A DNA stretch of 64,000 bases, from positions 7,115 through 71,114 of the forward strand of contig CALVXM010000003.1 in assembly GCA_944371305.1 (NCBI GenBank). Reading direction: 5' to 3'. The translations under genes were made by a program, and so were the position numbers. This document shows, piece by piece, positions 1-10,556 of the stretch; within the stretch, counting starts at the first letter, position 1; every line of letters begins with the position of its first letter. This DNA is from an uncultured Bacilli bacterium (GTDB taxonomy: Bacteria; Bacillota_I; Bacilli_A; RF39; UBA660). Under the pieces are notes generated by a model. That model was not told where the DNA came from, searched no databases, and saw nothing but the letters and a program-made list of their open reading frames with translations.

Positions 1-121
1 TCGTATCATCAGTTAAAGCTAATGATTTAATATTATTATTAATAGCATAGGCAATTAGATCATCAATTTTAATCAAACTTTTTAATAAACTATTGTCAGA
101 TTTAATATAAAGTGGTCCCAT
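1..121 (-). CDS. N-terminal fragment (window-truncated) of a protein resembling the PHP-domain N-terminus of DNA polymerase III alpha (DnaE-like)
   Basis: Minus-strand ATG at 121..119 preceded by SD AGGAGT (RC of 129..134). Translation MGPLYIKSDNSLLKSLIKIDDLIAYAINNNIKSLALTDDT follows the DnaE N-terminal pattern (HxHS.YSLL...LALTD) but lacks the histidines. ORF runs off the window edge. Confidence 0.3.
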   Translation of the reverse strand, partial: MGPLYIKSDNSLLKSLIKIDDLIAYAINNNIKSLALTDDT

Positions 122-235
122 GCTATCAACTCCTATACTTATTTTACTATATTTTTAACCTTTTTCAAAGAAATATTTGACTTATTTCGAATAATATAGT
201 AAAATGTAGTAGCGAAGAAATCAAGGAGGAAGAAC

Positions 236-406
236 ATGGCTAAAAAAGTAACAAGTAAGAAACCTTTATCTGGTAATTTAAGATCACATTCTTGTCGTGC
301 TACAAAACATGCAAGAAAACCAAATTTACAAAAAGTAACTTTAGATAATGGCGAAACTATTAGAATGAGTGCAAGAGAGTTAAGAACTCTAAAAAAAGAA
401 GCATAA
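236..406 (+). CDS. rpmB: 50S ribosomal protein L28
   Basis: 56-aa [59 protein letters not shown] matches the L28 pattern (GN.RSH...NLQKV...SAR.L). SD GGAGGA at 224..229. Absent from the ORF track because it is short. Confidence 0.85.
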   Translation: MAKKVTSKKPLSGNLRSHSCRATKHARKPNLQKVTLDNGETIRMSARELRTLKKEA

Positions 407-430
407 CCTTAAAATTTTAAGGTTTTTTTA
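405..430 (+). terminator. Rho-independent terminator of rpmB
   Basis: Hairpin CCTTAAAATTTTAAGG (407..422) followed by a 7-T run. Confidence 0.6.
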
Positions 431-435
431 TTACA

Positions 436-468
436 AAAAATCCATTTTAATTTATAAAATGGATTTTT
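436..468 (-). terminator. Terminator for the 1188-aa secreted protein gene
   Basis: Inverted repeat AAAATCCATTTTA / TAAAATGGATTTT just 3' of the minus-strand stop at 474, with a T-run on the minus strand. Confidence 0.5.
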
Positions 469-473
469 AATAA

Positions 474-3400
474 CTAATAGCGACAATTTTCAAAACTATC
501 TGGATCATTGTAACTACGGAAGCGATCATCAACACATGTTCCTGGCTGATTTTTAGCTCCTGTTATATCAATTATATGAGTTAGGTAATCACTTATACAA
601 GCTTCACCTGTTCCAGTTTCACATTTATAATCATACTTTTGACTACCTAATGTTCCAACATAATCAGAATAATCATTTTCATCATTATATCTTCTTATCT
701 CATTAACAATTGCTGGCGTCAATATAAATGTATACATTGGTTCGCCATTATATAATTCATATTCATTGACATTGCGATTATTATTAATATAATTTAAAAC
801 AAGTGAATTATCTGATGAACAATCATTATCACCATTACACCAGTTAGAACCGGTTTCTCTATCACTTCCATCGATATCTGGAAATGGTCGACTTAAATCA
901 ATCGGACGATATATAACATTTATATCTCGACCATTATTATCTTTATCGCCATCATCGGGAATCAAACCAGAATAAATATTGAACTCACATTCCCATCTAC
1001 CATAACTAGATCCTTCGGTAATTGAAGACATAATTTTATCAACACTAGTTTGATTACCACTAACATGACCTATATTAGAATAATTAATATCTAATTGTCC
1101 TTTATCATGCATAACTCCATATTTACCATCTGAAGCTGAATATGATACTGGTAAGTTAGAATATCCAACATTGATATAGTTAGCTGTAAAATTACTATTG
1201 ATATATTTACTAAGATCACTAGCATGAATTGATAGATGATTATCTTTTAATACATATTGATAAACACCTGATTTTAACGAGAACGTTGTTTTAGCAGTTC
1301 TTGTTTTTTCAGCATAATGACCATCACCACTACAATTTTTAATAGTTTCAGTTTTATTAGTACAACGACCATTACTACAGCTTACAGTCGTAATTTTTTC
1401 ATCAACACAATTTGATGTATCATTTAAACTACCATAAACAGTTGATTTAGCCAAATCATCTACGTAAGTATAATTTACTGTCTCATCGTAAACAATAGTT
1501 GCTTTGGGATCTACCGTCAAAACATCAGAAGCATTAAAGTCATAACATTTTTCCATATTATCGACAACACTTTGAGCTTGCTTAACAGCATTATCATAAG
1601 CCGTTTTGTTAGCTTGAGAGTTATTTCTTTGCCAATTATTATAAGTAGTTCTAACATTGTTATTAGCACTTTCTAAATCTTCTTCGAATTTGTCCCAATC
1701 GACTGATTTAGTTCGACAGGTACGTGAAGTATTAACATAACTATAACCCCAGTTAAATCTTGTTCCGGCTTCAACATTAATATTTCGAGCTATAAATGAA
1801 CCTAAAACATCTTCGATACAATATACCTCACAATATTCACTACCTAAATTTTTCTCATAGTAAGTTAAGCTAGAATTTTTATTAGCTGTTTTATGAATAT
1901 TAGTATCATACTTCCCATTATCATTAAATACACAAGTATTCCAATAATTATCATTAATTGTTCCTTTTGATGAATCTCGATAAATTAGTTCATCACCACT
2001 AAGGCAATCACCTAAGTCAAATTGAGGTGTACAATTAGAAGAAGTAATTTGACTACAACCACAATTAGCTGTGTACCAATTGCCATTAATAGAAGTTCCA
2101 TATGCATTATTATAAGCAGAAAAATCAAAATTTCTAAGCGACTCACAAGACTTTGTAGTTAAATCAATTTTCTGATTACGGTTATAAAAATCACGAACAG
2201 CTTGACAAGTGGTTGGAGGTCTGTTTTTAGTACAATTTTGAATATAAGAGAAATTATCTTTACCATTATCATAATTCACAGTCCAATTAAAACCTGTAGC
2301 TGGATAATATTTTAAATTATAAGCTTCCATTACTGTTTCTAATTGATTTTTATAACGTTTAATAATTGTTTCAGTTGAAGAATTCTTAATTTGACTAAGC
2401 ATTGGATAGTTTTTAAAATTAGAATTAGTAGCTCTTAAATTTTCATAAAATTCATCAAATTCATTACACCAATAAGTTTCATTGGTACCACAATTTAAAG
2501 TATCATGATATTTCTCTTCACTAACTGGGGTCCAAGTTAAACCACGAGCTTCAGCATAGGCTCTATTCTCATTATCATATTGAAAAAACATATTAGCATT
2601 TATCTTAGAACTAATTACCCATCCCATTGATTGTGATAAAACAGGAGGCTGATACCAATTACTAGTACCAAAAGTTTTAGATAAACTATTAATCAATGAC
2701 TGATTTTCTTTAATATATGCATCTAATTTGGTATTATCATAATAGTCATACATACCATAACATGTACATTCATTGACAAACCATTTTAAATCAATTTGTT
2801 TATCAGATCCGGTTACATCTTTGATAGTTAAATAGCCATTAGGATAAGCATTGGTTTTCGTATAATTATTATAAATTGCTTGTACTCCTCCACTTTTATA
2901 TAATCTATCAAAAGTGCTTGATAAATTATTCCAATTGACTAAACTTTTAATTTCATCACAAGTATATTCTTTTTCACCTTCAACATAATTACTAAGCCAA
3001 AAGACACCCATACCAATTCCGTAATTAGAAGTAACTTTATCATTTGGAACTTGACCATTTTTAGTTGGACAAAGTTTTTCCATCTCACTATACATCAATT
3101 TGATATTGTTATTAAAATAAGCAGATGTAGAAAATGAATTAATTAATATTGTTGATTCTTTTTCTTTAAGATCATAATAAAGATTTCCATCCAAATAAGA
3201 TGTACAAGGTAATTGTTTTCTTACAGAGGCAGCCAAATCACACATTGCTCCACTAGAGCTACCTTTACATCTATCAGTAAAACCACCACCAGGAGAATTT
3301 TTAGCAATATTTGCTAACTCGTAAGCTGTTCCATAATAATATTTACTATTAATTCTATAAACAGTAACCGGTTCTACAACGACAAATAAATTATATAGTT

Positions 3401-4040
3401 GGTTTTTCTCACCAGGAACAATATAATCTTCCAACTGACCAATATTAAAGCTTTTCAACATATTGTTAAATAATATGGTAATAAATTCATCATAACTATC
3501 TTGACTTAAACTAGTATTTGATTCTTTAAATAAGGCATCAAATAAACCAGTATAACTATTATTAGCAACTGCCGTATTTAAATTAACCGCAAAAGAATAC
3601 TTACTACCTTTAGAATTAGTTACCGTAAAAAAATTTTGAAAATTACTTAATTTTGTAATAACATTCCCTATTTTTTTTCCACTATCCCAAGACAAACTAC
3701 ATTTACCAGCGGCATATGATGCTCGACTACACTTCTTCGTAGCGCTTCGAACATTCCAAGACCATTTAGTAATTCGGTCATAATCTTCATCGATAACATA
3801 ATCACGACTAGCTAAATGAGTACCATCTGCTCTAACAAAAGAAACTCTCATACCACCCACATAAGGTGTTGGCCAAACAGTTGATGCTCCACTGTTATCA
3901 TCGAAATCAGCATTAGATCCACCACCTGCATCAACACCTGTATCAACAGCATAAACACTACTTAGAGTTATTAAAGAAACCAATGCTACTACAAATAAAG
4001 TCGTAAATAAAATTATCTTTTTCTTGCCCATATCATTCAC
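474..4040 (-). CDS. Large (1188 aa) secreted cysteine-rich protein of unknown function
   Basis: N-terminal signal peptide MNDMGKKKIILFTTLFVVALVSLITLSSVYA. About 35 Cys and many N/Y/T/S residues. No LPXTG-type anchor and no recognisable catalytic motif. SD AGGTGA precedes the ATG. Own terminator (436..468), and an upstream terminator (4091..4118) isolates it from trmD. Confidence 0.7.
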   Translation of the reverse strand: MNDMGKKKIILFTTLFVVALVSLITLSSVYAVDTGVDAGGGSNADFDDNSGASTVWPTPYVGGMRVSFVRADGTHLASRDYVIDEDYDRITKWSWNVRSATKKCSRASYAAGKCSLSWDSGKKIGNVITKLSNFQNFFTVTNSKGSKYSFAVNLNTAVANNSYTGLFDALFKESNTSLSQDSYDEFITILFNNMLKSFNIGQLEDYIVPGEKNQLYNLFVVVEPVTVYRINSKYYYGTAYELANIAKNSPGGGFTDRCKGSSSGAMCDLAASVRKQLPCTSYLDGNLYYDLKEKESTILINSFSTSAYFNNNIKLMYSEMEKLCPTKNGQVPNDKVTSNYGIGMGVFWLSNYVEGEKEYTCDEIKSLVNWNNLSSTFDRLYKSGGVQAIYNNYTKTNAYPNGYLTIKDVTGSDKQIDLKWFVNECTCYGMYDYYDNTKLDAYIKENQSLINSLSKTFGTSNWYQPPVLSQSMGWVISSKINANMFFQYDNENRAYAEARGLTWTPVSEEKYHDTLNCGTNETYWCNEFDEFYENLRATNSNFKNYPMLSQIKNSSTETIIKRYKNQLETVMEAYNLKYYPATGFNWTVNYDNGKDNFSYIQNCTKNRPPTTCQAVRDFYNRNQKIDLTTKSCESLRNFDFSAYNNAYGTSINGNWYTANCGCSQITSSNCTPQFDLGDCLSGDELIYRDSSKGTINDNYWNTCVFNDNGKYDTNIHKTANKNSSLTYYEKNLGSEYCEVYCIEDVLGSFIARNINVEAGTRFNWGYSYVNTSRTCRTKSVDWDKFEEDLESANNNVRTTYNNWQRNNSQANKTAYDNAVKQAQSVVDNMEKCYDFNASDVLTVDPKATIVYDETVNYTYVDDLAKSTVYGSLNDTSNCVDEKITTVSCSNGRCTNKTETIKNCSGDGHYAEKTRTAKTTFSLKSGVYQYVLKDNHLSIHASDLSKYINSNFTANYINVGYSNLPVSYSASDGKYGVMHDKGQLDINYSNIGHVSGNQTSVDKIMSSITEGSSYGRWECEFNIYSGLIPDDGDKDNNGRDINVIYRPIDLSRPFPDIDGSDRETGSNWCNGDNDCSSDNSLVLNYINNNRNVNEYELYNGEPMYTFILTPAIVNEIRRYNDENDYSDYVGTLGSQKYDYKCETGTGEACISDYLTHIIDITGAKNQPGTCVDDRFRSYNDPDSFENCRY

Positions 4041-4090
4041 CTTCTACCATACCTATAAACATTATAACTTATAATTGATTAAAAGTAAAC

Positions 4091-4118
4091 AAAAAAACAG
4101 TCATTATTAAACTGTTTA
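4091..4118 (-). terminator. Terminator ending the rimM-trmD-orf146 operon
   Basis: Hairpin AAACAGT-cattattaa-ACTGTTT overlapping the stop of the 146-aa ORF, followed on the minus strand by a T-run. Confidence 0.5.
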
Positions 4119-4556
4119 GCGATTTTTTCTAGTCAGATTTTCTTCTTTGGAAACTAAATTAGAATATAACAAATTATTTTTAAGTTCTCTTTCAAAAACA
4201 TCTATTTTCTTGTTTAATAAAGTTAAATACTTTTCGTCTAAATAAATAGAATATTTATCATTAACAACTTTTTTATATCTTTGCAAATCACCTAAAGCTT
4301 TTCTAGTATCATCATCACTTTCATTTCCATCCAAATTAGCAATGATAAGTTGTAAATAATAATCTAATTTATTTTTTATCTTTCTTTTAACTACTTTTTC
4401 AATCATAGAAGGTTTAACTATAATCATTTCATTTACTTTAACGCCTTCATAAGGATAATTATTGCGAGGATTAATTTTATATCCTTTAATCTCATCACAA
4501 TTTAAATAAACAACTTCACCATTATATTTTTTTTTAGATATAAAATATTGTTTCAT
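4116..4556 (-). CDS. Hypothetical protein (146 aa) translationally coupled to trmD
   Basis: 4-nt overlap (ATGA) with the trmD stop. Sits where rplS usually follows trmD. No recognisable motif. Confidence 0.5.
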   Translation of the reverse strand: MKQYFISKKKYNGEVVYLNCDEIKGYKINPRNNYPYEGVKVNEMIIVKPSMIEKVVKRKIKNKLDYYLQLIIANLDGNESDDDTRKALGDLQRYKKVVNDKYSIYLDEKYLTLLNKKIDVFERELKNNLLYSNLVSKEENLTRKNR

Positions 4557-5230
4557 TTGTTATCATCTCCTAATAAATCTGGACGACGTTCTTTTGTTCT
4601 TTTCAACTGTTCTTCATAACGCCACTTTTCAATATTTTTGTGATGACCAGACAACAATACTTCCGGAACTTCTAATCCTTCATAAATTGCTGGTCTAGTA
4701 TAAACTGGATAATCCAATAAACTATTATTAAACGAATCATTTAAATGTGATTCCTTAGTTATAACCCCATCTAGTAATCTTGTTATACTATCAGTTATTA
4801 CCATACTGGCTAACTCACCACCAGTTAGAATATAATCACCAATCGATAACTCTAAGTCAGCTAATGTTCTTATCCTCTCATCGAAACCTTCATAATGTCC
4901 ACATATTATTATAATATGTTTTTTTAAACTTAATTGATAGGCCATCTTTTGATTGTAAGTTTTTCCTTGAGGTGTCAAAAGAATAACATATGAATCTTTA
5001 TCTTTTAAATCTTTAATTGCATCGAAGATAGGCTGTGGCATCAAAACCATCCCTTTACCGCCACCAAATGGATAATCATCAACTTTCTTATGAGGATCTT
5101 TAGAATAATCTCTAATGTTATAAATATTAATTTCAACTTTTTTTTCTTTGATTGCTCTACCAATTATTGATTCAGTTAAAAAATGATTGTACATGTCAGG
5201 AAATAAAGTTAAAATATCAATTTTCATCAA
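4553..5230 (-). CDS. trmD: tRNA (guanine37-N1)-methyltransferase
   Basis: MKIDILTLFPDMY...GGGKGMVLMPQPIF...LICGHYEGFDERI is the classic TrmD SPOUT signature. The true start is probably the second Met. Confidence 0.9.
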   Translation of the reverse strand: MMKIDILTLFPDMYNHFLTESIIGRAIKEKKVEINIYNIRDYSKDPHKKVDDYPFGGGKGMVLMPQPIFDAIKDLKDKDSYVILLTPQGKTYNQKMAYQLSLKKHIIIICGHYEGFDERIRTLADLELSIGDYILTGGELASMVITDSITRLLDGVITKESHLNDSFNNSLLDYPVYTRPAIYEGLEVPEVLLSGHHKNIEKWRYEEQLKRTKERRPDLLGDDNK

Positions 5231-5702
5231 TTAACCCTTCAATTAAATTAACACTAATAATTTTTTTATCTAAATCAATATTTTTTACAAATTCATCGAC
5301 AAAAGGAATAAGATAATTTTTTTTATTATTTTCAATTACTAAAATTTCTTGTTTGTTTTTAATAATGCTATTTACTTTTCCGATATAATTACCATCACTA
5401 TAAACATCCAAGCCTATAATGTCTTCATCGACATAGCCATCAATATCTAATTCGTCTCTTTTAACAAACACATCATCATTTTTAAAAATTATTGCATCAT
5501 TAATATCATTTATACCTTCAAACGTTACCATATCATAATTTTTATGCTTACGATAACTTTTTAGTAACACTTCTTGTTTTCTTTTCCCTAAATATAGTTT
5601 TCGTCCTTCAATAAACAATTTATCCTTAAATTTAAAATCAGAAATTATTCTTAATTCTCCTTTTAATCCATGTGTATTTACAATTTCTCCTACATATACC
5701 AT
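5217..5702 (-). CDS. rimM: 16S rRNA processing protein RimM
   Basis: VGEIVNTHGLKGELRI N-terminal motif and PRC-barrel-like C-terminus. Overlaps the trmD start. Confidence 0.85.
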   Translation of the reverse strand: MVYVGEIVNTHGLKGELRIISDFKFKDKLFIEGRKLYLGKRKQEVLLKSYRKHKNYDMVTFEGINDINDAIIFKNDDVFVKRDELDIDGYVDEDIIGLDVYSDGNYIGKVNSIIKNKQEILVIENNKKNYLIPFVDEFVKNIDLDKKIISVNLIEGLIDEN

Positions 5703-5710
5703 AAAAATCC

Positions 5711-6448
5711 CTACTTATCTAATTCATATAAAATAATACTCGTGGCAACCCCCACATTCAAACTTTCACATTTTTCATTCATCTTTATATATATAAATTC
5801 ATCACATAATTCACTAGCCACTTCACCAATACCATTTCCTTCATTGCCCATTATTATAACAAATTTTTCATTTTTTTCAATATCTTTTAAATTTTTTCCA
5901 TGAGTAACTTTTGTTCCATATATTTTATAGCCATTTTGTTTTAAATTTGGAACAAAATTTTCGATATTTTCAATCACGATATTTAAATGAAATAATAAAC
6001 CTTGTGTTGCTCTAATAACCTTAGAATTATATAAATCAACACAATCTTTACTCAATACTAATGTATCGATATTAAAAGCGACACAACTTCTAATAATTGT
6101 ACCTAAATTGCCTGGATCTTGAATACAATCCAAATAAACTATTCTCTTACCTTCAATAATTCCTTCTTTTTTTTCACAAACACCGATGATATTAGTGGGA
6201 TTATCAAGTTCACTTAAATAATTTTTGACATTATTAGTCATATAACTAGTCATTACATCTAATGGTAATAATTCGTTTTCTTCTAAAAATAATTCTTTTA
6301 ATAATCCGGTTTTATAAGCTTCTAATACTAAATGTCTTCCTTCAACTAAAAATAGATTTTTCTTATCACGATATTTTTTAATATGTAACTTTTTTATATC
6401 TTTTATCTTATTATTATCAATTGAACTATAAAGCATTTTTACCACCAA
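5711..6448 (-). CDS. TrmH/SpoU-family RNA 2'-O-methyltransferase
   Basis: LVEGRHLV...DPGNLGTIIRS...GNEGNGI...LNVGVATSIILYE motifs of the SpoU methylase family. Confidence 0.8.
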   Translation of the reverse strand: MVVKMLYSSIDNNKIKDIKKLHIKKYRDKKNLFLVEGRHLVLEAYKTGLLKELFLEENELLPLDVMTSYMTNNVKNYLSELDNPTNIIGVCEKKEGIIEGKRIVYLDCIQDPGNLGTIIRSCVAFNIDTLVLSKDCVDLYNSKVIRATQGLLFHLNIVIENIENFVPNLKQNGYKIYGTKVTHGKNLKDIEKNEKFVIIMGNEGNGIGEVASELCDEFIYIKMNEKCESLNVGVATSIILYELDK

Positions 6449-6520
6449 AAATAGTATATCAAAAAATAAACTAAATTTAAAGAAAATAAAAAGAATTCAA
6501 AATTTTTGTTGAATTATTAA

Positions 6521-6544
6521 CAAAAAAAGAGGAATAAATCCTCT
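6521..6544 (-). terminator. Terminator of the HPt-REC gene
   Basis: AGAGGAATAAATCCTCT hairpin overlapping the stop, with a T-run on the minus strand. Confidence 0.5.
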
Positions 6545-7295
6545 AAATCATCTTTTCAACCACTGATTTCACATCACGTTCATTAAAAGGCTTTCTTAAA
6601 ACGTCGACAATCGGATATGAGTAAGCTTTTTGAACTAAATCTTCATTGCCTATACCGGTAATAATGGCTACTGGTATCTTATTGAATAAATCTTTATTTT
6701 TAAAATATTCTAAAACGACAAAGCCATTAACATTCGGCATATTTAAATCTAATAACATACCTATTATTTTGGCATTATTAGTAATTTGATTAATTGCTTC
6801 TTGCCCATCCTTAGCTACTACCACTTCGAAATCATTGTGGAAAATCTTTTGAATGAAACTAACAATTACATTAGAATCATCTACGACTAAAATAGCCTTA
6901 TCTTGATTAGATGATACCACATCATGTTTAATAGCTTCTTTTCCAAAATATTCTCTTACAATATTTAAAATACGATATGTTTCATTCATCAATTCATCAA
7001 AATGTTCATAAATAAAATAAATATGATTAGCTTTACTTTCTAATTCGTGTTGATATGATAATTCTGCCAACTTATCAAAACCAAAGTATTTAGCATCACT
7101 TTTTAATGAATGAACTAAAATAGCATAATTAGCCATATCAGCAATTTCTTTAAATTGTTTGATTTTAGATATTTTTTCATCAATTTCATTTAAAAATGTT
7201 TCTAATGTTTCATTATAAGTTTCCATATCACCAAATAATTCTAAACTTTTTTCTAAATTAATACCATTATTTTTTAAAATATTTACATCCTTCAT
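6543..7295 (-). CDS. Hybrid phosphorelay protein: N-terminal HPt-like domain plus C-terminal receiver (REC) domain
   Basis: C-terminal region ILVVDDS...LLDLNMP...AIITG...LRKPF is a CheY-like receiver. N-terminal helical region contains HSLKSDAKYFGF, which resembles the HPt HxxKG motif. Confidence 0.7.
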   Translation of the reverse strand: MKDVNILKNNGINLEKSLELFGDMETYNETLETFLNEIDEKISKIKQFKEIADMANYAILVHSLKSDAKYFGFDKLAELSYQHELESKANHIYFIYEHFDELMNETYRILNIVREYFGKEAIKHDVVSSNQDKAILVVDDSNVIVSFIQKIFHNDFEVVVAKDGQEAINQITNNAKIIGMLLDLNMPNVNGFVVLEYFKNKDLFNKIPVAIITGIGNEDLVQKAYSYPIVDVLRKPFNERDVKSVVEKMI

Positions 7296-7514
7296 TTTAT
7301 CACCCTATAATTATTATAACACGTATAACACATTTAGTAAATTGATGAAATTCTCAATTAACTAATTAAAATCAAATTGTTTGAAACTAATTTTTCAAAC
7401 TAGCAATTTTTTCGGCAGTTAAACCGATAATATCGGCTATTAAAACTAAATTAATATTTAGCCTTAACATCTTTTTTACATTAGCAAGTTTATTTTGTTT
7501 AATTTTTTAAAAAA

Positions 7515-10500
7515 TTACTCAACTGATTTTAATGATTCAATCATATCAATTTTCTTTAAAACAAAATGTGTAATGAATTGAACTAAAACTGTAAAGAATA
7601 TCATAATGGCAAAAGCATAAACAAAACTTAACGGTTTGATATCTTTAACAAATAGGATTTCATCAGTTTCAGCTATTGTCAAAACAAAACTATTTAAAAT
7701 AACTCCTAAAAATAATCCAATAACAATACCAATTGAAGTCAAAATTAAAGTTTCACGATAAACATAAGTAGATACCTCTTTATCTTTAAAACCTAAAACC
7801 TTCAAGGTAGCTATTTCCCTTTTTCTTTCATTGATATTAATAGTTGTTAAATTATATAAAACAATAATAGCTAATAAACTTGAAGCAATAATAATCAAAT
7901 AAATAATATTATTCATACCATCGATTATATCGTTAAACATATCTAGGCTATCAGACGTATATTGAATTGTCGTAAAATAACCAGAATCCATAAGTTCAGT
8001 TGCTAAAAGTTCATGATTATCATTATTTACATCAGTTATGATGGTATTATAATTAACTTCATTAAATATTTTTTGATAATAATTACTCGTCATATAAATA
8101 TAACTATTGACATAATTTTCACAAATACCAGCAACTCTTAAGATAAACAATTCATTTTCACTATTTCTAATTTGAATGTCTTCACCTACTTCAGCACCCA
8201 ATAGCTCGGCCATTTTTTGAGTAATGATTACACCATCATCAGTTAACGTCAATGGATTACCACTTAAATCCTTCAATTTAAAGTAATCATCAACCATATC
8301 AAGATTTTCAAAAGCTAGTAAATAAGTATCTATCCTTTTGCTATCAGCTTCAAAAACATAACTTTCCATATGGGCATAAAGCAAATTATCAATACTTTTA
8401 CTAGATAAAAAATTATTGATTTCTTCATTTTGAGCTGTAATTTCTTCATCTAATATCAACATAGAATCATATAAATGAAGATTATCATATTGTAAAGACA
8501 CTAATGAGCTAACGCTATCTCTTAAACCAAAACCAGTTAACAATAAAGCGGTACATCCCGAAATACCTAAAAGAGTCATGATGATTCTTTTTTTATAGCG
8601 AAACATATTCCTAATTGTAACCTTCCAAGTAAATGATAAACGTTTCCAAATAAATTTAACTTTTTCTAAAATTACTTTCTTACCATTCTTAGGAGGTGCT
8701 GGGCGTAATAAAGTAGCTGGTACATATTTGAAATCTTTTAAAATAGTTATTAAAGTTACAATAATCATCAAGGATAAAGTAACTAGAATAATCGATAAAC
8801 AAGGAATTACTTCCGCATAAGTCTTTAAACCAGGAATAATATAATTAGAATGATAAATGTTATAAATAATATGAGGGATAAAAGCATAACCAATACTTAA
8901 TCCAATTATTAAACCAATAGATGTAGCAATTAAAACATAAAATAAATAACTAGTTATTATTTTAAATTTACTTATTCCAAGTGAAACATAAATACCTATT
9001 TCATTTCTTTCCTCTTCGATCATTCTCGTCATCGTATTTAAACTCATTAAAAATACAACCAACATAAAAAATACTGGAAAAACTGCCGCAATGGCATCAA
9101 CTTTAGTAGCATTTTCATAAAAATTAGTATAACCGGAATTATCTTCTCTACTCATTAAATACCAAACTGGTTTTTCCAAGTTATTCAATTCAGATTTAGC
9201 ATCTTCAATTTCCTGTTCAGCTTTAGAAATTTCTTCTAAATAAGTTTGATAATTTTCTTCATACTCAGCATAACCCTCATTTAACTCTTGTTCGTTTTGC
9301 TCGATTAACTCATAACTATCATTTAGTTGTTGGATGGCTTTATCAAACTCACGTTCCCATTTATCCATGTTATTTTCTAATTCTTGTTCACTTGCTTCTA
9401 ATGTATTTTTAGTTTTAATTAAAAGTTCCAAATTGCTTTTATTTTCATTTAGTTGTTTTAAAGTTGCTTGATAGATTAAATACTCTTGACTATTAGGATT
9501 CAACGTTTCTAATAAGGCACTAATACTATCAATTTGCGTATTCAAAGTTTCTAAAGTAGTTTCCAATTCACTTTCTTTTAAATTATACTCTTTTAAAGTC
9601 GCTTCAAACTTCTTTTTACCTTCTTCTAATTCGATATTGGCATTGTTAAAAGTACGCTCCATTTCTTTACTAGTAGCTTGCAACTCATCATACCCATCTT
9701 GCCATTCTTGATAAGCTTTTTCAATTTCATTCTTACCTTCATCAAGTTCCTTTTTAGCATCTGCTAATTTTTGACCATTTTCTATTTTTTGTTTATTCAA
9801 TTCAGCTTCTGCATCGTTAATCTTACCCATTGCTTCGGCTAAAATTTCTTCGTAACGAATTGTTTCTCTAATTGGTTTTAATTCTTTCAATTTACTATCT
9901 AAAGCACTAATAATCTCATTATAGTCTTCTAAATAGGCAATTTTATCAATCCCATCTTTGGCAATAATATATATTTCTGTATAATATTCAATATCAAAAT
10001 TTTCTTTAGGAATGAAAATATATTTATCTAATTTTCCATCGCCAACTGTTGATATTCCTTTAGTTCGATACATATATAAAGAACTTGTAATTGTTCCAGA
10101 AACTGTATATTCTTTTCTTTTTAAATTATCTGATTCAATTACTATTTTATCACCAATATTATAAGTACCTTCTTCTACTAGGCATTCACCATCTTTTGGC
10201 ATACTACCACTAATTAAATTAACCTTATTAATTTCATCATTGATAGCATGAATTCTTGTGACATCACCATCTAAAATCAAATCAAAGGAATAAGAAGGTT
10301 CGACAATTAAATTATCAGCAACTTCTCTAATAGAATCTAAATCGCCTTCAGTCAATCCCATCGTACTGACAATTTTATAGTCCATCAGTTCGGTATCATC
10401 ATAATATTCATCGACAGTTTTTATCATATCCATCGATGCTTCTCTAATTCCCGAGAAAAAAGCACTACCTAATGCAACAATAAAAATCAAAGATAAAAAA

Positions 10501-10556
10501 CGGCCTAATGATCTCCTTATTTTTCTAAAACTATTTTTAAAAATCAACATTACCAC
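7515..10556 (-). CDS. ABC transporter permease, FtsX/MacB-like, with two FtsX domains and a large coiled-coil extracytoplasmic domain (1013 aa)
   Basis: N-terminal FKNSFRKIRRSLGRF...ALGSAFFSG is a typical FtsX-family start. About 250 aa of E/K/L/N/Q-rich heptad sequence lies between the two TM bundles. Overlaps the upstream ATPase gene. Confidence 0.8.
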   Translation of the reverse strand: MVMLIFKNSFRKIRRSLGRFLSLIFIVALGSAFFSGIREASMDMIKTVDEYYDDTELMDYKIVSTMGLTEGDLDSIREVADNLIVEPSYSFDLILDGDVTRIHAINDEINKVNLISGSMPKDGECLVEEGTYNIGDKIVIESDNLKRKEYTVSGTITSSLYMYRTKGISTVGDGKLDKYIFIPKENFDIEYYTEIYIIAKDGIDKIAYLEDYNEIISALDSKLKELKPIRETIRYEEILAEAMGKINDAEAELNKQKIENGQKLADAKKELDEGKNEIEKAYQEWQDGYDELQATSKEMERTFNNANIELEEGKKKFEATLKEYNLKESELETTLETLNTQIDSISALLETLNPNSQEYLIYQATLKQLNENKSNLELLIKTKNTLEASEQELENNMDKWEREFDKAIQQLNDSYELIEQNEQELNEGYAEYEENYQTYLEEISKAEQEIEDAKSELNNLEKPVWYLMSREDNSGYTNFYENATKVDAIAAVFPVFFMLVVFLMSLNTMTRMIEEERNEIGIYVSLGISKFKIITSYLFYVLIATSIGLIIGLSIGYAFIPHIIYNIYHSNYIIPGLKTYAEVIPCLSIILVTLSLMIIVTLITILKDFKYVPATLLRPAPPKNGKKVILEKVKFIWKRLSFTWKVTIRNMFRYKKRIIMTLLGISGCTALLLTGFGLRDSVSSLVSLQYDNLHLYDSMLILDEEITAQNEEINNFLSSKSIDNLLYAHMESYVFEADSKRIDTYLLAFENLDMVDDYFKLKDLSGNPLTLTDDGVIITQKMAELLGAEVGEDIQIRNSENELFILRVAGICENYVNSYIYMTSNYYQKIFNEVNYNTIITDVNNDNHELLATELMDSGYFTTIQYTSDSLDMFNDIIDGMNNIIYLIIIASSLLAIIVLYNLTTININERKREIATLKVLGFKDKEVSTYVYRETLILTSIGIVIGLFLGVILNSFVLTIAETDEILFVKDIKPLSFVYAFAIMIFFTVLVQFITHFVLKKIDMIESLKSVE

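Noticed and set aside
5670-5903. 77-aa plus-strand ORF overlapping the rimM/methyltransferase junction
   Set aside because: Antisense to two well-supported genes. Low-complexity F/S/I-rich translation typical of AT-rich antisense frames. No SD.
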